Source of the DNA: Leucoraja ocellata
Lineage: Eukaryota
DNA length: 64,000 bases
Direction: 5' to 3'
Assembly (NCBI GenBank): GCA_036785375.1
Contig: JAWMAR010000071.1
Location: 8,742,001 to 8,806,000, forward strand
Part shown: piece after piece, positions 25,428 to 37,304 of the stretch
Layout of the letters: every line of letters starts with the position of its first letter
Position numbering within the stretch: the first letter of the stretch is position 1
The notes under the pieces: model-generated
The model's database searches: none
Seen by the model: only the letters and a program-made list of their open reading frames with translations
Told to the model about the DNA's origin: nothing
Program-made: the position numbers and the translations under genes

Positions 25428-28400
25428 GGCGGAGAGATTGACAAATTGGGAGTATAAAGATGTAGTTGAAAGGGAAGTGAGTACAGGAAAAGTTACAAAA
25501 GACTCTTGAATTATTGGGAAGGAAAGTTCGAGAAGGGATAAGAGAGTAAGGTCAGGGCCAATAGCGAGCAGTGCGAGAGGGGAGGTGAATACCGAGGCCA
25601 AAGTGTTGTGTATGAATGCGCGAAGTGTAAGAAATAAAGTGGACGAGCTTGAGACTCAGTTAGATATTGGCAAGTATGATGTTGTTGGAATTACAGAGAC
25701 ATGGCTGCAAGAGGGCCAGGGCTGGGAATTGAATATTCAAGGGTATACCTCCTATCGAAAAGACAGACAGGTGGGCAGAGGGAGTGGGGTAGCTCTGTTG
25801 GTGAGGAATGAAATTCAGTCCCTTGCAAGGGGAGACATTGAAACAGGAGAAGTGGAGTCATTATGGATAGAACAAAGGAATTGTAAGGGTAAAAAGACCC
25901 TAATGGGACATCTTCAGGCCCCCAAATAGTAGCCTGGATATAGGGTGCAAGTTGAATCAGGAGTTAAAATTGGCATGTAGTAAAGGTAATTCTACAGTTG
26001 TTATGGGAGATTTCAACATGCAGGTAGACTGGGAAAATCAGGTTGGTACTGGACCCCAAGAAAGGGAGTTTGTGGAGTGCCTCCGTGATGGATTATTAGA
26101 GCAACTTGTATTGGGGCCTGAATTTAGTATTATGTAATGAACTGGATTTGATAAAGGAACGAGGTTAAGGAGCCATTAGAAGGTAGTGACCATAATATGG
26201 TCCTTTAATCTACAATTGGAGAGGGAGAAAGGTAAATCGGAAGTATTGATGTTACAATTGAATAAAAGGGACTATGGAGCCATGAGGGAGGAGCTGGCCA
26301 CAGTTGACTGGAAAGATACCCTAGCAGGGATGACAGTGGAACAACAAAGGCAGGTATTCCTGGAAATAATACAGAACGTGCGGGATCAGTTCATTCCAAA
26401 GCGGAAGAAGGATTCCAAAGGGAGTGACTGGGAACCGTGGCCGACAAGGGACGTCAGGGATAGTATGAAACATAGAAATTAGGTGCAGGAGTAGGCCATT
26501 CGGCCCTTCGAGCCTGCACCGCCATTCAATATGATCATGGCTGATCATCCAACTCAGTATCCCGTACCTGCCTTCTCTCCATACCCCCTGATCCCCTTAG
26601 CCACAAGGGCCACATCTCCCTCTTAAATATAGCCAATGAACTGGCCTCAACTACCCTCTGTGGCAGAGTTCCAGAGATTCACCACTCTCTGTGTGAAAAA
26701 AGTTCTCCTCATCTTGGTTTTAAAGGATTTCCCCCTTATCCTTAAGCTGTGACCCCTTGTCCTGGACTTCCCTAACATCGGGAACAATCTTCCTGCATCT
26801 AGCCTGTCCAACCCCTTAAGAATTTTGTAAGTTTCTATAAGATCCCCTCTCAATCTCCTAAATTCTAGAGAGTATAAACCAAGTCTATCCAGTCTTTCTT
26901 CATAAGACAGTCCTGACATCCCAGGAATCAGTCAGGTGAACCGTCTCTGCACTCCCTCTATGGCAATAAATAAAAGATAAGTACACTGTAGCAAAGGTGA
27001 GCTGGAAGCAAGAGGATTGGGTAATGCTTAAAGAGCAACAGAAGATAACTAAAACGGTAATACGGGGAGAAAAGATGAGGTACAAAGGTAAGCTAGCCAA
27101 GAAGTCAAAGGAGGATAGTAAATGCTTCTTTAGGTATGTGAAGAGGAAAAAATTAGTTGGACCCTTGAAGACTGAAAAAGATGAATTTATTATGGGGAAC
27201 AAGGAAATGGCAGATGAGTTGAACAGGTACTTTGGATCCGTCTTCACTAAGGAGGACACAAACAATCTTCCTGATATACTAGTGGCCAGAGGATCTGGGG
27301 TGACGGAGGAACTGAAGGAAATCCACATTAGGCAGGAAATGGTGCTGGGTAGACTGATGGGACTGAAGGCTGATAAATCCCCAGGGCCTGATGGTCTGCA
27401 TCCTAGGGTGCTTAAGAAAGTGGCTCTAGAAATTGTGGCCGCATTAGTGATAATTTTCTAATGTTCAAAAGATTCAGGATCAGTTCCTGTGGATTGGAGG
27501 GTAGCTAATGTTTACCCACTTTTTAAGAATGGCGGGAGAGAGAAAACAGGGAATTATAGACCTGTTAGCCTGACATTGGTGGTGGGGAAGATGCTGGAGT
27601 CAATTATGTAAGATGAAACGACGGCACATTTGGATAGCAGTAACAGGATTGGTCCGAGTCAGTATGGATTTACATAGGGGAAATCATGCTTGACTAACCT
27701 TCTGGAATTTTTTGAGGATGTAACTACAAATATGGACAAGGGATGTAATGTACCTGGACTTTCAGAAATCATTTGATAAGGTCCCACATAGGAGATTAGT
27801 GGCCAAAATTAGGGCACATGGTATTGGGGGTAGAGTGCTGACTTTGTTTCCTGTCTGCCAACCAATGGGTAGGGATTAACAGGTCCTTTTCAGAATGGCA
27901 GGCAGTGACTAGTGGGGTATATCGCATGGCTCGATGCTAGGACCGCAGCTATTTACAACATACATCAATGATTTAGATCAAGGGTTCAAAGTAACATCAG
28001 CAAATTTGCAGATGGCAAAGCTGGGTGGCAGATTACTATTTAAATGGTGTCAAATTGGGAAAAGGGGAAGTACAACAGGATCTGGGGGTCCTTGTTCATC
28101 AGTCAATGAAATTAAGCATGCAGGTACAGTAGGCAGTAAAGAAAGTGAATGGCATGTTGGCCTTTTTAACACGAGGAGTTGAGTATAGGAGCAAAGAGGT
28201 CCTTCTGCAGTTGTATAGGGCCTAGTGAGACCACATCTGGAGTATTGTGTGCAGTTTTGGTCCCCTAATTTGAGGAAGGACTTTCTTGCTATTGAGAGAA
28301 TGCAGCGTAGGTTTACAAGGTTAATTCCCAGGATGGCGGGACTGTCATATGCTGATAGAATGGAGCGACTGGGCTTGTATACTCTGGAGTTTAGAAGGGT

Positions 28401-28766
28401 GAGAGGGGATCTTATTGAAACATATAAGATTATTAAGGGTTTGGACATGCAAGAGGCAGGAAACATGTTCCCAATATTGGGGGAGTCCAGAACCAGGGGC
28501 CAATGTTTAAGAATAAGGGGCAAGCCATTTAGAACAGAGACGAGGAAACACTTTCTCTCACAGAGTTGTGAGTCTGTAGAATTCTCTGCCTCAGAGGGTT
28601 ATCTGGATACTTTCAAGAGAGCTAGATAGGGCTCTTAAAAATAGCGGAGTCAGGGGATATGGGGAGAAAGCAGGAACAGGGTACTGATTGGGGATGACCG
28701 GCCATGATCACATTGAATGGCTGGCTCAAAGGGCCGAATGGCCTACTCCTGCACCTATTGTCTATT
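25428..28766 (+). mobile_element. Long degenerate CR1 LINE (APE endonuclease plus RT)
   Basis: NARSVRNK, GITETWL, MGDFN, KSPGPDG, RPHLEYCVQFW; TSD ggcaaga at 25421-25427 and 28767-28773. Confidence 0.92.
26468..26967 (-). mobile_element. Younger CR1 3' fragment nested antisense in the CR1
   Basis: GLSYEERLDRLGLYSLEFRRLRGDL; highly similar to 12735-13175 and 57958-58765. Confidence 0.9.
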
Positions 28767-29910
28767 GGCAAGACCAAACGCAGTCAGGGCGATCGTTTCG
28801 TGGAATACCTTCGCTTAGCCCGTGTGAACCAACCTGATCTTCCGGTTGCTGGACACTTTCATTCTCTTTCCCATTCCTACACAGACCTTTCTGTCCTCGG
28901 CCTCCTCCATTGTAAGAGTGAGGCTAAACACAAATTGGAGGAACAGCATCTCATATTTCACTTGGGCAGCTTATAGCCCAGTGATATGAATATTGATTTT
29001 TCTCACATCAGGTTCCCTCTCTCGCTATCCCCCCCCCCCCCCCCCCAAGTCGCACTATTTTCTCATTTTCACCCTACAAACAGCTTACAATGGCCTGTTT
29101 CCTTTATTATCATTACTTTTTTGCATATCTTTCATTCATCGTTTTTTATCTCTCCACATCACCATCTATATCTCTCATTTCCATTATCCCTAACCAATCT
29201 GAAGAAAGGTCTCGACCCAAAACGTCACCTATTCCTTCTCTCCAGAGATGCTGCCTGTCCCGCTGAGTTACTCCAATCTGGTTTCAGAGATTGGCACTTC
29301 ACACATGAAACTCAGATTATGATGGTAGTTCATTGATTAACTCCTGGATCCAAACACTGGAAAATATGTAAAGTACTTCTTTAAAATACAGGCATTCAGG
29401 CTATTTTAAGGCACTTACATATCATATTGATATAATGGAATCCACTGATTTAACCTCTTTTAGGAAATTGCATCTGGGCGCGATAATTGTACCGACGTAA
29501 AACATTTTGTATGGACATGATTCATATTTAAAATTAAATTGATAACCTTTACAAAAGAATAGCAACAACAATCTACAGAATAAATATGGCACCAAAAGGT
29601 CAGTCTGTTTAAAGATGGCCTTTTTTGCAGGCTGATGTCCAGCTTAGTTTCTTCCTTGTAACAGAAACTTTTTACAAATTGCTACGTGATTTAGAGGACT
29701 TGTGGGTGGGTGTTTCACACAAATAGGCTTTGGCCAACTTATTACATTAGAGGAGATGGTTTCCAGGAATGAAAATATCAAGACAATACTCTTAGAATTT
29801 AGCTTGAGTAAACTCTGAAACTATACTCTGTGGCTCTATGTTGTGTTCCTGAAGAAATATTAGTGTGAACAAATTTATCTTTCACTGCAAGAAACGAGTT
29901 TGCTGATTAC

Positions 29911-32032
29911 TAGAGCCAGGATGTTTAGGCACTAAAACACTCTGAAATAGGCAGGCAAAAATGCATAATAAAATTACAAAAAAGGCACAAAGGGCATTTA
30001 TTGACCAAAAAAAGGCATAAAAAGGCATGTATTTCCACCACCAAAATATGGTTAAAAAGGATAATATAAGGGTATACTACATTAAATGACCAAAGTTGCC
30101 TGGTTGCACATAATTACTAGATTTTTTTCAAATTATCCGGTGTTAAACTATGCCGTCTGCCAGACAGAATACGCTTCAGTTGTGAGAAACTTTCTACCTC
30201 AGCTGAGGTCAATGGTGCATACCCGAAACAAGCTACAGACTCTAATTCATGTCAATATCTTGTGCATTACAACTACCTTTGAGAAATGTTGTTTAGACCG
30301 AAAGGTCTGAATGACAATAAAGGGTAATTCAATTCAATTCAAAATTCAATTTAGCTATGGTTTTGTATTTCTTCAAGATCTTTGTTAGCTAAAATCTCTC
30401 TCTCACATTTTCCTTGTATGTCTTTACCTACATCGCCAGGAATTTTACAAATATCGTCAGTCACTTTGTTGAAAACCTGCAAGTTATTCACTAATGTTTT
30501 GCCACGTTTCTCCAGAGCAGTGATAGCTTGTGGGAAGTTTGCAAAATTGGAAGCAATAAACACAAGATCGCAGTGGAGGGACTTTTTCTGCATGATTTCA
30601 CTGACGATCCTGACTGCAGCAGATTCTTCTTCTTCAAAACAGTTGACAATTTATTTTATCTTTTCAAAATTTGCAGCATAGTGGAGTACAGCAGAGAGCC
30701 ATGTACCTCACCTAGTCAAAACGGGCTGAGGAGGTAGCGGAATCTCGGGTGCCATTTCCTTGAACAACTGCACATGTGACGGTGCTTTGAGGAAGATTTT
30801 CTTGACATTGGAAACCATGCAATCGACATTTCGAAAGAAGCTACGTATGTGATTGGCAATTCTATGAAGTCCTTGACCTAAGCATGTCAAATGCAACATT
30901 TTGGGGAATAAAACTTTGAGCACGAGCAGCTTTTTTCATGTACAGAGCCGCATCAGTCACAAACAGACGAACATTCTTGTGTTTTATACCTTCTGGCCAA
31001 AGTACAGCAAGTGAAGATGTAAACAACTGAGCAATAGTTGAGCTGTTTGACTTTTCCAATACCTCCAATGTCAACAAATACTCCTTTGATGGTTGACCTG
31101 CCTCCAGTGTATCGATGACCACATTGGCAACATATCTCCCCACAGCATCGGTTGTCTCGTTTATTGAGATCCATATTTTGTTGCATGCAACTTCATTTCT
31201 AATTTTCTGCACAACAATGTTGAAGTTGCTGTCAACATAATTTTTCTGTAATGATGACTCGCTTGGCATATGTTGCTCTATGTATTTCTCTAAAAAACCT
31301 CTGAGAGATTTGTTTTCCAATTTCCACAGTGGAATTCCAGCATCAATGAATGCCTTGCACAGATCACTCGAAAACTCAGATTTGCGACTGGAGCCAGCAG
31401 TAAATGTAGTGAGGAGACAAGCTTGGGTATTTTGTTTGGGTAGTCTACAACCCAGCGGTATCAACATTAACCTCTAATTTTAGATATCCCTTGTCTTCTC
31501 CCTCCTCCCCCTTCCATGCTCACCTTCTAGTCCTACTGTCTACACCTCTTCCTTTCTTTAGCCTGCCCCCCCCCCCCCCCAGATCAGTCTGAAGAACGGC
31601 CTCGACCCAAAACGTCACTTATTACTTCTCTCCATAGATGCTGCCTCACCCGGTGAGTTTCTCCAGCATTTTCTGTCGACCTTCGATTTTTCCCGCATCT
31701 GCAGTTCTTTCTTATATAGATCGTGGAGAAGACTGAATCAGCAGGCAGCGGCACAAACGAATGAACGACCGACGGTGGCGCTTCCAGTTTCACTCCGGTG
31801 TGGAAATCTTTTTATAAGTTATACTAAGTTAACACATTAATAATAGCATTAATATTAACGTGCTAACATAGAAAACGTCACAGTACAACGGGAGAAAATA
31901 GCACGATCTTTTCGCAAAAAGGCAAAAAAAAAAAGCTAATTTAGGCACTCGATCGGGAAAAGGGCATTATCTTGATGAAATTATCAAAAAAGGCATAAAA
32001 AGGCACATGGCATTTATGGCAAAACCCTGGCT
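29911..32032 (-). mobile_element. Defective hAT DNA transposon (CGGBP1-related transposase type)
   Basis: TIRs TAGAGCCAGG / CCTGGCT; 8-bp TSD ctgattac at 29903-29910 and 32033-32040; AAAAGGCA subterminal repeats. Frameshifted transposase ~30300-31430: WISINETTD, FVTDAALYM, HLTCLGQGLHR, PVLTR. Confidence 0.85.
31435..31715 (+). mobile_element. Penelope-like 3' end nested in the hAT element
   Basis: LGSLQPSGININ tail, poly-C, ctgaagaa...aaacgtc hammerhead-type motif, agatgctgcc...ctccagca. Confidence 0.8.
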
Positions 32033-32124
32033 CTGATTACCTTCAGCTACTAAGGTTCTAAATTTAACTCCCTTCTCAACCTCTTTTCCTCTTTAAAAAT
32101 GATTTCTATCTACCTGTCGATGTA

Positions 32125-33645
32125 TCTATATATCATTAAAACTGATCTTGTGCTCTTCCGGATTGAGTGGTTCTTCTATATGCGCAAAAACGGTATACAA
32201 TAGCGCTACGATTTTACGCCAGCTTACTCACCATTCTCCTATGCTGTGAGTGCAACAAGTTTTGTTCTGATCGATGGTATATTCTAAAAATAATATTATT
32301 AAGGTTTAAAAATCGTAAAGACCGCGCATGCGCAGTTTGCTGTCAGTCGCCGCTATGCAGATTGGTCTCCTGTCAGTCAGGAAGGGGCGTCGCTGCATCT
32401 GCGGTCAATCGGCTGGCGGTCGCCATGGTGAAGGAGTGGCGCCGCCGCCAGAGGAGTTGCGGCCGCGCAGTACCTGGTGGGGAGGGTAGTGCCGCGGGCA
32501 GAGCCCGGGGACTGGAGCTAAGGACGAGCCAGAGGACTGGGCCCAAACTGGAGCCAAGGACAAGCCCGGGGACTGGGCCTGGGATGGAGCCACGGGCCGA
32601 GCCCGGAGACTGGGCCTGGGCTTGAACCAAAGACGGGGTCAGGGACGATCCTGGAGATGAAGTCACGGCCTGGACTAGAGCCCAGGCTGCAGCTGATCTG
32701 AGGGCTGGAGTCGTGCCCAAGCCCAGGGCCTGGGTCAAGGTGTACCAGCGCCTCGGGGGCCTCCTGGCCCCTGTCATCCTGCAGCACAGCTTCCACTTCC
32801 TGCTCTGCGGACAGCTCTGGCTTGGCTGCCCGCCACGCTCACCCCGCCCCAGACATAGCGAGCCTGGCTCCATCGAGGCCCAGGTCCACGAGTGCTTCGG
32901 CCGCCTACAGCCAGGCCGAGTATGAGAATCGGGTCGAGTTCCAGGCCCTGGCGCTGCTCTACGACCTGGGTAGGTGCTGGGGCAGGGAATGGGAGTGAGG
33001 GGAGGAGGATGTGGGAAAGGGGAAGGAGGGAGATGGGGAGGTATATGGAGATGGGGGCGGGGTTGCATCGCCGAGCCCAGCTGTTTACCCGCTGGCAAGG
33101 AATACCACGGGTCCCGGGACAGGCAGCGCTGCAGCGGCTCCTTCCCGCAGGCGCGGACACCGGGAGTGGCCCTAACGCAGCGCACCATTACACAGAGAGA
33201 GGGAGCGAGAGGGGGCGCCGCAGCCCGGCCCACAGCACAGTGGGGGGAGGGAGAGAAGACGGGGGGGGGTGGGGGGGGGGGTGGGGGAGGGAGAGAGAGA
33301 GGGGAGAGAGGGATGAGAGGGATGGGGGAGAGAGAGATGAGGGGGGAGAAAGGGATGAGTGGAACGGGGAAGAGAGAGGGAGGGGTGAAAGAGGGAGTGG
33401 CGTAGAGGGGTGGTGGAGTGCAAGGGGGTAGGGGGGGTTAGAAGGGTCTGGGGTGATGGGCAAGGTGGGATAGAGGGGGGGGGGAGTAGAGGGAGAGAGG
33501 GGTGGATTTGATGGGAGGGGGGGATAGGCGTGAGTGGTGGAATATTGCCTTGGGGGAATGGGTGAGTGGTGGAATATTGCATTGGGGAACGGGTTGCGTT
33601 GGGCGACCAGGCCTCCCGTGTGACAGGGACCCCCACTTAATCGAG
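32125..33645 (+). mobile_element. Non-autonomous Helitron carrying captured gene fragment(s)
   Basis: A|TCTATATATCATTAAAAC 5' end. atagcgcta...cttactca block shared with other copies. 3' ggaatattgc...ctcccgtgtga...gggaccccc acttaatcgag|T. Confidence 0.72.
32405..32969 (+). pseudogene. SAC3D1: Captured SAC3D1-like (SAC3/GANP domain) exon fragment
   Basis: Collinear motifs across frameshifts: MVKE, APPPEELRP, QYLVG, WVKVY, ILQHSFHFLLC, IEAQVHECFGRL, NRVEFQALALLYDLG, then donor G|GTAGG. Confidence 0.72.
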
Positions 33646-33898
33646 TATTTCTTTACATAACTTGGTGTAAAATTTAGTTTGACAATGCTCCCATGAAGCT
33701 TCTCCTTCTGAGTTCAGACTGCTATATAACTACAATCTATTGTTGCAATTGCATCATGGATAATTGTGTGAGAACACTTTGTGGCGAGACCCGAGAAAAG
33801 CACTTTAAATCACAAGCAACATCATGACTAGAAATGTGGTAATTTACTTATACCATCCTCAATCTGTCTGAAATCAACTGGCTTCATTTCTATCTAAG

Positions 33899-34098
33899 GT
33901 AGACAAAAATGCTGGAGAAACTCAGTGGGTGAGGCAGCATCTATGGAGCGAAGGAATAGGTGACGTCTGAAGAAGGGTCTGAAGAAGGGTGTCGACCCGA
34001 AACGTCATCAATACCGTAGCTCCATAGATGCTGCCTCACCCGCTGAGTTTCTCCAGCATTTTTGTCTACATTCGATTTTTCCAGCATCTGCACTTCTT
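33899..34098. mobile_element. Fold-back pair of Penelope pseudo-LTR ends with central hammerhead motif
   Basis: gtagacaaaaatgctggagaaactcag... is the reverse complement of ...ctgagtttctccagcatttttgtctac. Confidence 0.85.
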
Positions 34099-36848
34099 GC
34101 TAAATCATTTCCTGCTACCTAATCACACGCAATCTTCTGCAATGGTATATTCTGCCGCATTCATTCTGAATTTCTGATCTCAGTACCCCTCATCTCCAAA
34201 GTTATTTCATATTGATATAATTCATCTTAGTGGCATCTGAAAGCATATCAGAATCAATGTACCACATCCCAAGGTCTACTGCATCATCAGCTTATTAGAC
34301 CCTCTACCATCCTGAATTTACTCAATGCTTGCCCGACATCTAATCGGCACATTAAAAAAAAATAATCACTTGCCTAAATGCAGAGTAACCCTTGCCACAA
34401 ATTTCAATTCCTAATCATTAATTTTATCTACTTTGCTGGCAATTAGCACAGGCGAAATTGATCCTTTCACTTCAGTACCAAGTGATTTATTGTGCATTTC
34501 CTCTAGTTTTGACCTGCATTTCATAGGTTTCTCTCTCTCCAACTGTCTTCATTAATCTATCAACCAGATGTCTTCATCCTTAGCTTGTCTTCATGGTCAT
34601 TCTGCCCCACCCTCAGAGATATTCCCTACATTTCATCCTTCTTTCCCAGTCATCTCTGCAACTTAAAATTAATTTGATGTCTCTCTTACCCAGTTCGGAC
34701 CTGAATTTTTAATTTTTAATATTAACCACATATGCTACCCAGCTTGTTTATTATTTCCAGCATTCTGTTTTTATTCAATCCTTTCACAATCTCTGTTTTA
34801 TATTTAATCTAGAAATAAACCTTGGACTGCTGTTATCTACCTCAACCTACTTTCATGTTCCTCATAAACCCCAATTCTAAAACCATACTACCTCACCCCA
34901 GTGCTTCAGCTCATGTGTAGTTGAAACCCCCATTTATGCCTTTATAATGAAAGATAATTCCAATAATCTAATCAAACTTTCAATTTCTATCGTCAATAAA
35001 AACAGGTGAGCTGGAAATCCTACCATCAATATCCTAAAAACATCCAGTCCAGCTCAACCTTTAGCACTGTGCATGATGACTTGCAACAACAGTTTTAAAA
35101 AGACATACTCATTTTCAAATCCCTCTAAAACCTTACTCTGTATCCAATCTTCTTCAGCCCTACAAACCTTTGAGATCTTACGGGTCTCCAATTAGTGGTT
35201 GTGCATTCTGATGTCTTCTTTGCTGAACTTCTCCTCATCCCATCGGTTTCCCTTGCTCATTAAAACTAAGATTTAGAATCATAAAAACGTTACTGCAATG
35301 AAGGAGTTCATCAAACCCAAGCCATTTCAGGTCAAGACGCTGCTTTTCATTCAAATTTTAGCATCTACAGTCTCTTGCATCTCCCAAGCCATTCTCGACT
35401 TTGCTCACAACTCTAATTTTTGTTTCTCTCCTTTCAAGTCTCAATGTAATCCCTTGCCCCATGACTTGATAAATACTAGATCATTATTACTTGTTGCATT
35501 GCTTCTTTTTCCAGTTGCCTTCAATTTATGAATAGTGTTTCTCAATTCATATGCCAACAGCAAACCTTTCTTCATATACTTTGTCGCCAACAGTCTGTCC
35601 TTTCCTTCTTTGTGTTTAAATAGTATGTGTTAAATGTATGTTTGTAGTGTTCTTTAGCTTGTTTTATGTGGGGCGGGTTGGGGAAACGTTTTCTAATTTC
35701 TTACCTCGATGGAGATGAGATTTTTTTCCCGTACAGTATCTCCGTCCGCATTGCAGCCTAATATCAAGGAGTTGGTGGCCTTTGCTGGAGACAGACGTTT
35801 GAGAGTTCCACCGCGGGTGCCTGCAGCCTTACTATCGCGGAACTCGTCATCCCTTTACCAGGGATCGACCTTGGAGATTCAACCGTGGATGCCTGCAGAC
35901 TTTACGTTACGGAGCCCGTGGTCTCTGGTCAGAGACCGACATCAGGAACTCCAAGCCAAGGGAGTTTCAGCCGCCCCGATGCAGGAGCTTCGATCGCCCC
36001 GACACAGGAGCTTTGACCGCCGGCTGCGGGAGCTTTGATTCCCCCTAAGGATGATTTGACTGCCCCGACCGCGGGAGAAATAAAGAGGATTGGACTTTTT
36101 TGCCTTCCATCACAATGAGGAATGCGGGGAATCTACTGTGGTGGATGTTTATGTTAACTTTTCTGTGTTTGTGCGTCTTGTTGCTTTTTTTTCGTATGAC
36201 TGTATGGTAATTCGCATATCATTGTACCTTAATTGGCACAAAAAATTATTCCTCATTCAGTAGTCACTCATAAATCTTTGATTGTCTCATGTAGTGTCAT
36301 TATATACTTCACATTTTATGTGATCCGCAAACTTTGAAATGGTCCCGACACCAAAATTTGGACACTCAAATATCTCTCAAGAAAATCAGTGTTGACAGTA
36401 CCAACTCGGAAAAATGCCACTATTGGATCTCCTGGCCTAATATATACCTAGCAGTACAATGTCAAGTCTTGTTTAATCATCTTCCTACGTATATTTAAAT
36501 ATTATACTGTACTGAAATACTAAACAAATACAAGTTATTGGAAAGTACAAATCTTATTCATTTGATTAATTAATTTGATTTCTGATAGCTTTTCTAGGAT
36601 TTGAAAGCATTATTGCACCTGCTATAATCTTTGAGTTATGGTGCAGCACCTAGTAATTACGTAAAACAGAAAGCAAATTTTTTCTTCACATAAGTACTGT
36701 CACGTTCAATTGCAAGCAGAATCTCATTTAACTTCTTCACCAACAATTACTGGAAAACCAGAAACATTTCAATCTGCTGAACGTAGGTATGGAGAAACAT
36801 AAGCAACTGAATATTACTGTATACTTGTTCTGTAAAAAGTATACATAC

Positions 36849-36956
36849 CAGAGGTATATTCCTAAGTTATCAACATGAGCAGTAGCAAGAAAATCTCCAG
36901 TGGGAGACATGGTAATACTGATAGCTGCCGAATCAAGCAAAAAGCAATCTATTAAG
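36849..36956 (-). CDS. WDR36: WDR36 exon (LIDCFLLDSAAISITMSPTGDFLATAHVDNLGIYLW)
   Basis: 108 nt, CAG/GTATG, WD40 repeat. Confidence 0.95.
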
Positions 36957-37224
36957 CTGTGAAGAGAGAAAAAAAAAATTAAAATCAAATTATGACTTTC
37001 AAAAAATGCACTTAATTTAATTTAAAACATTTGCGATTCATGTTGTGCCCCAAAGTGCATTTACAGAGGGTTAAAATAAAAGCATTCAAACTGTCAATCA
37101 TAATTTTTTCCAAATGAGACCTGGCAGTTTACAAAATTACAAAACAGTTTTAGTTCAATAGAATAAGCAAACAAAAAAAATTCCGTAGAATATTATTTGT
37201 ATGCGACCTTTTATTGCAACATAC

Positions 37225-37304
37225 CAGCCCGATGGGAGATCCCAGGTCCTTATCGTGCAGTCCATTGATGCTGTAATTAACCACCGACCATCTGGACTAA
37301 AAGC
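37225..37304 (-). CDS. WDR36: WDR36 exon (AFSPDGRWLITASMDCTIRTWDLPSG)
   Basis: 80 nt, CAG/GTATG, WD40 repeat. Confidence 0.95.

Larger units (their letters stand above)
25120..29280 (+). mobile_element. Penelope-like element (GIY-YIG endonuclease plus pseudo-LTR) split by a CR1 insertion
   Basis: GTFPCNRSRCNTC...FSCTSSNLIYCICCSICGLLYIG to 25427, continuing KTKR...DRFVEY...LPVAGHF...LEEQHLIFHLGSL...MNIDFS from 28774. Hammerhead-type end at ~29199. Confidence 0.88.

Noticed and set aside
32373-33233. 286-aa minus-strand ORF
   Set aside because: Antisense shadow of GC-rich captured sequence; the recognisable motifs are on the plus strand
33840-35420. Possible ancient L2 relic
   Set aside because: Too degraded to give boundaries or reliable motifs
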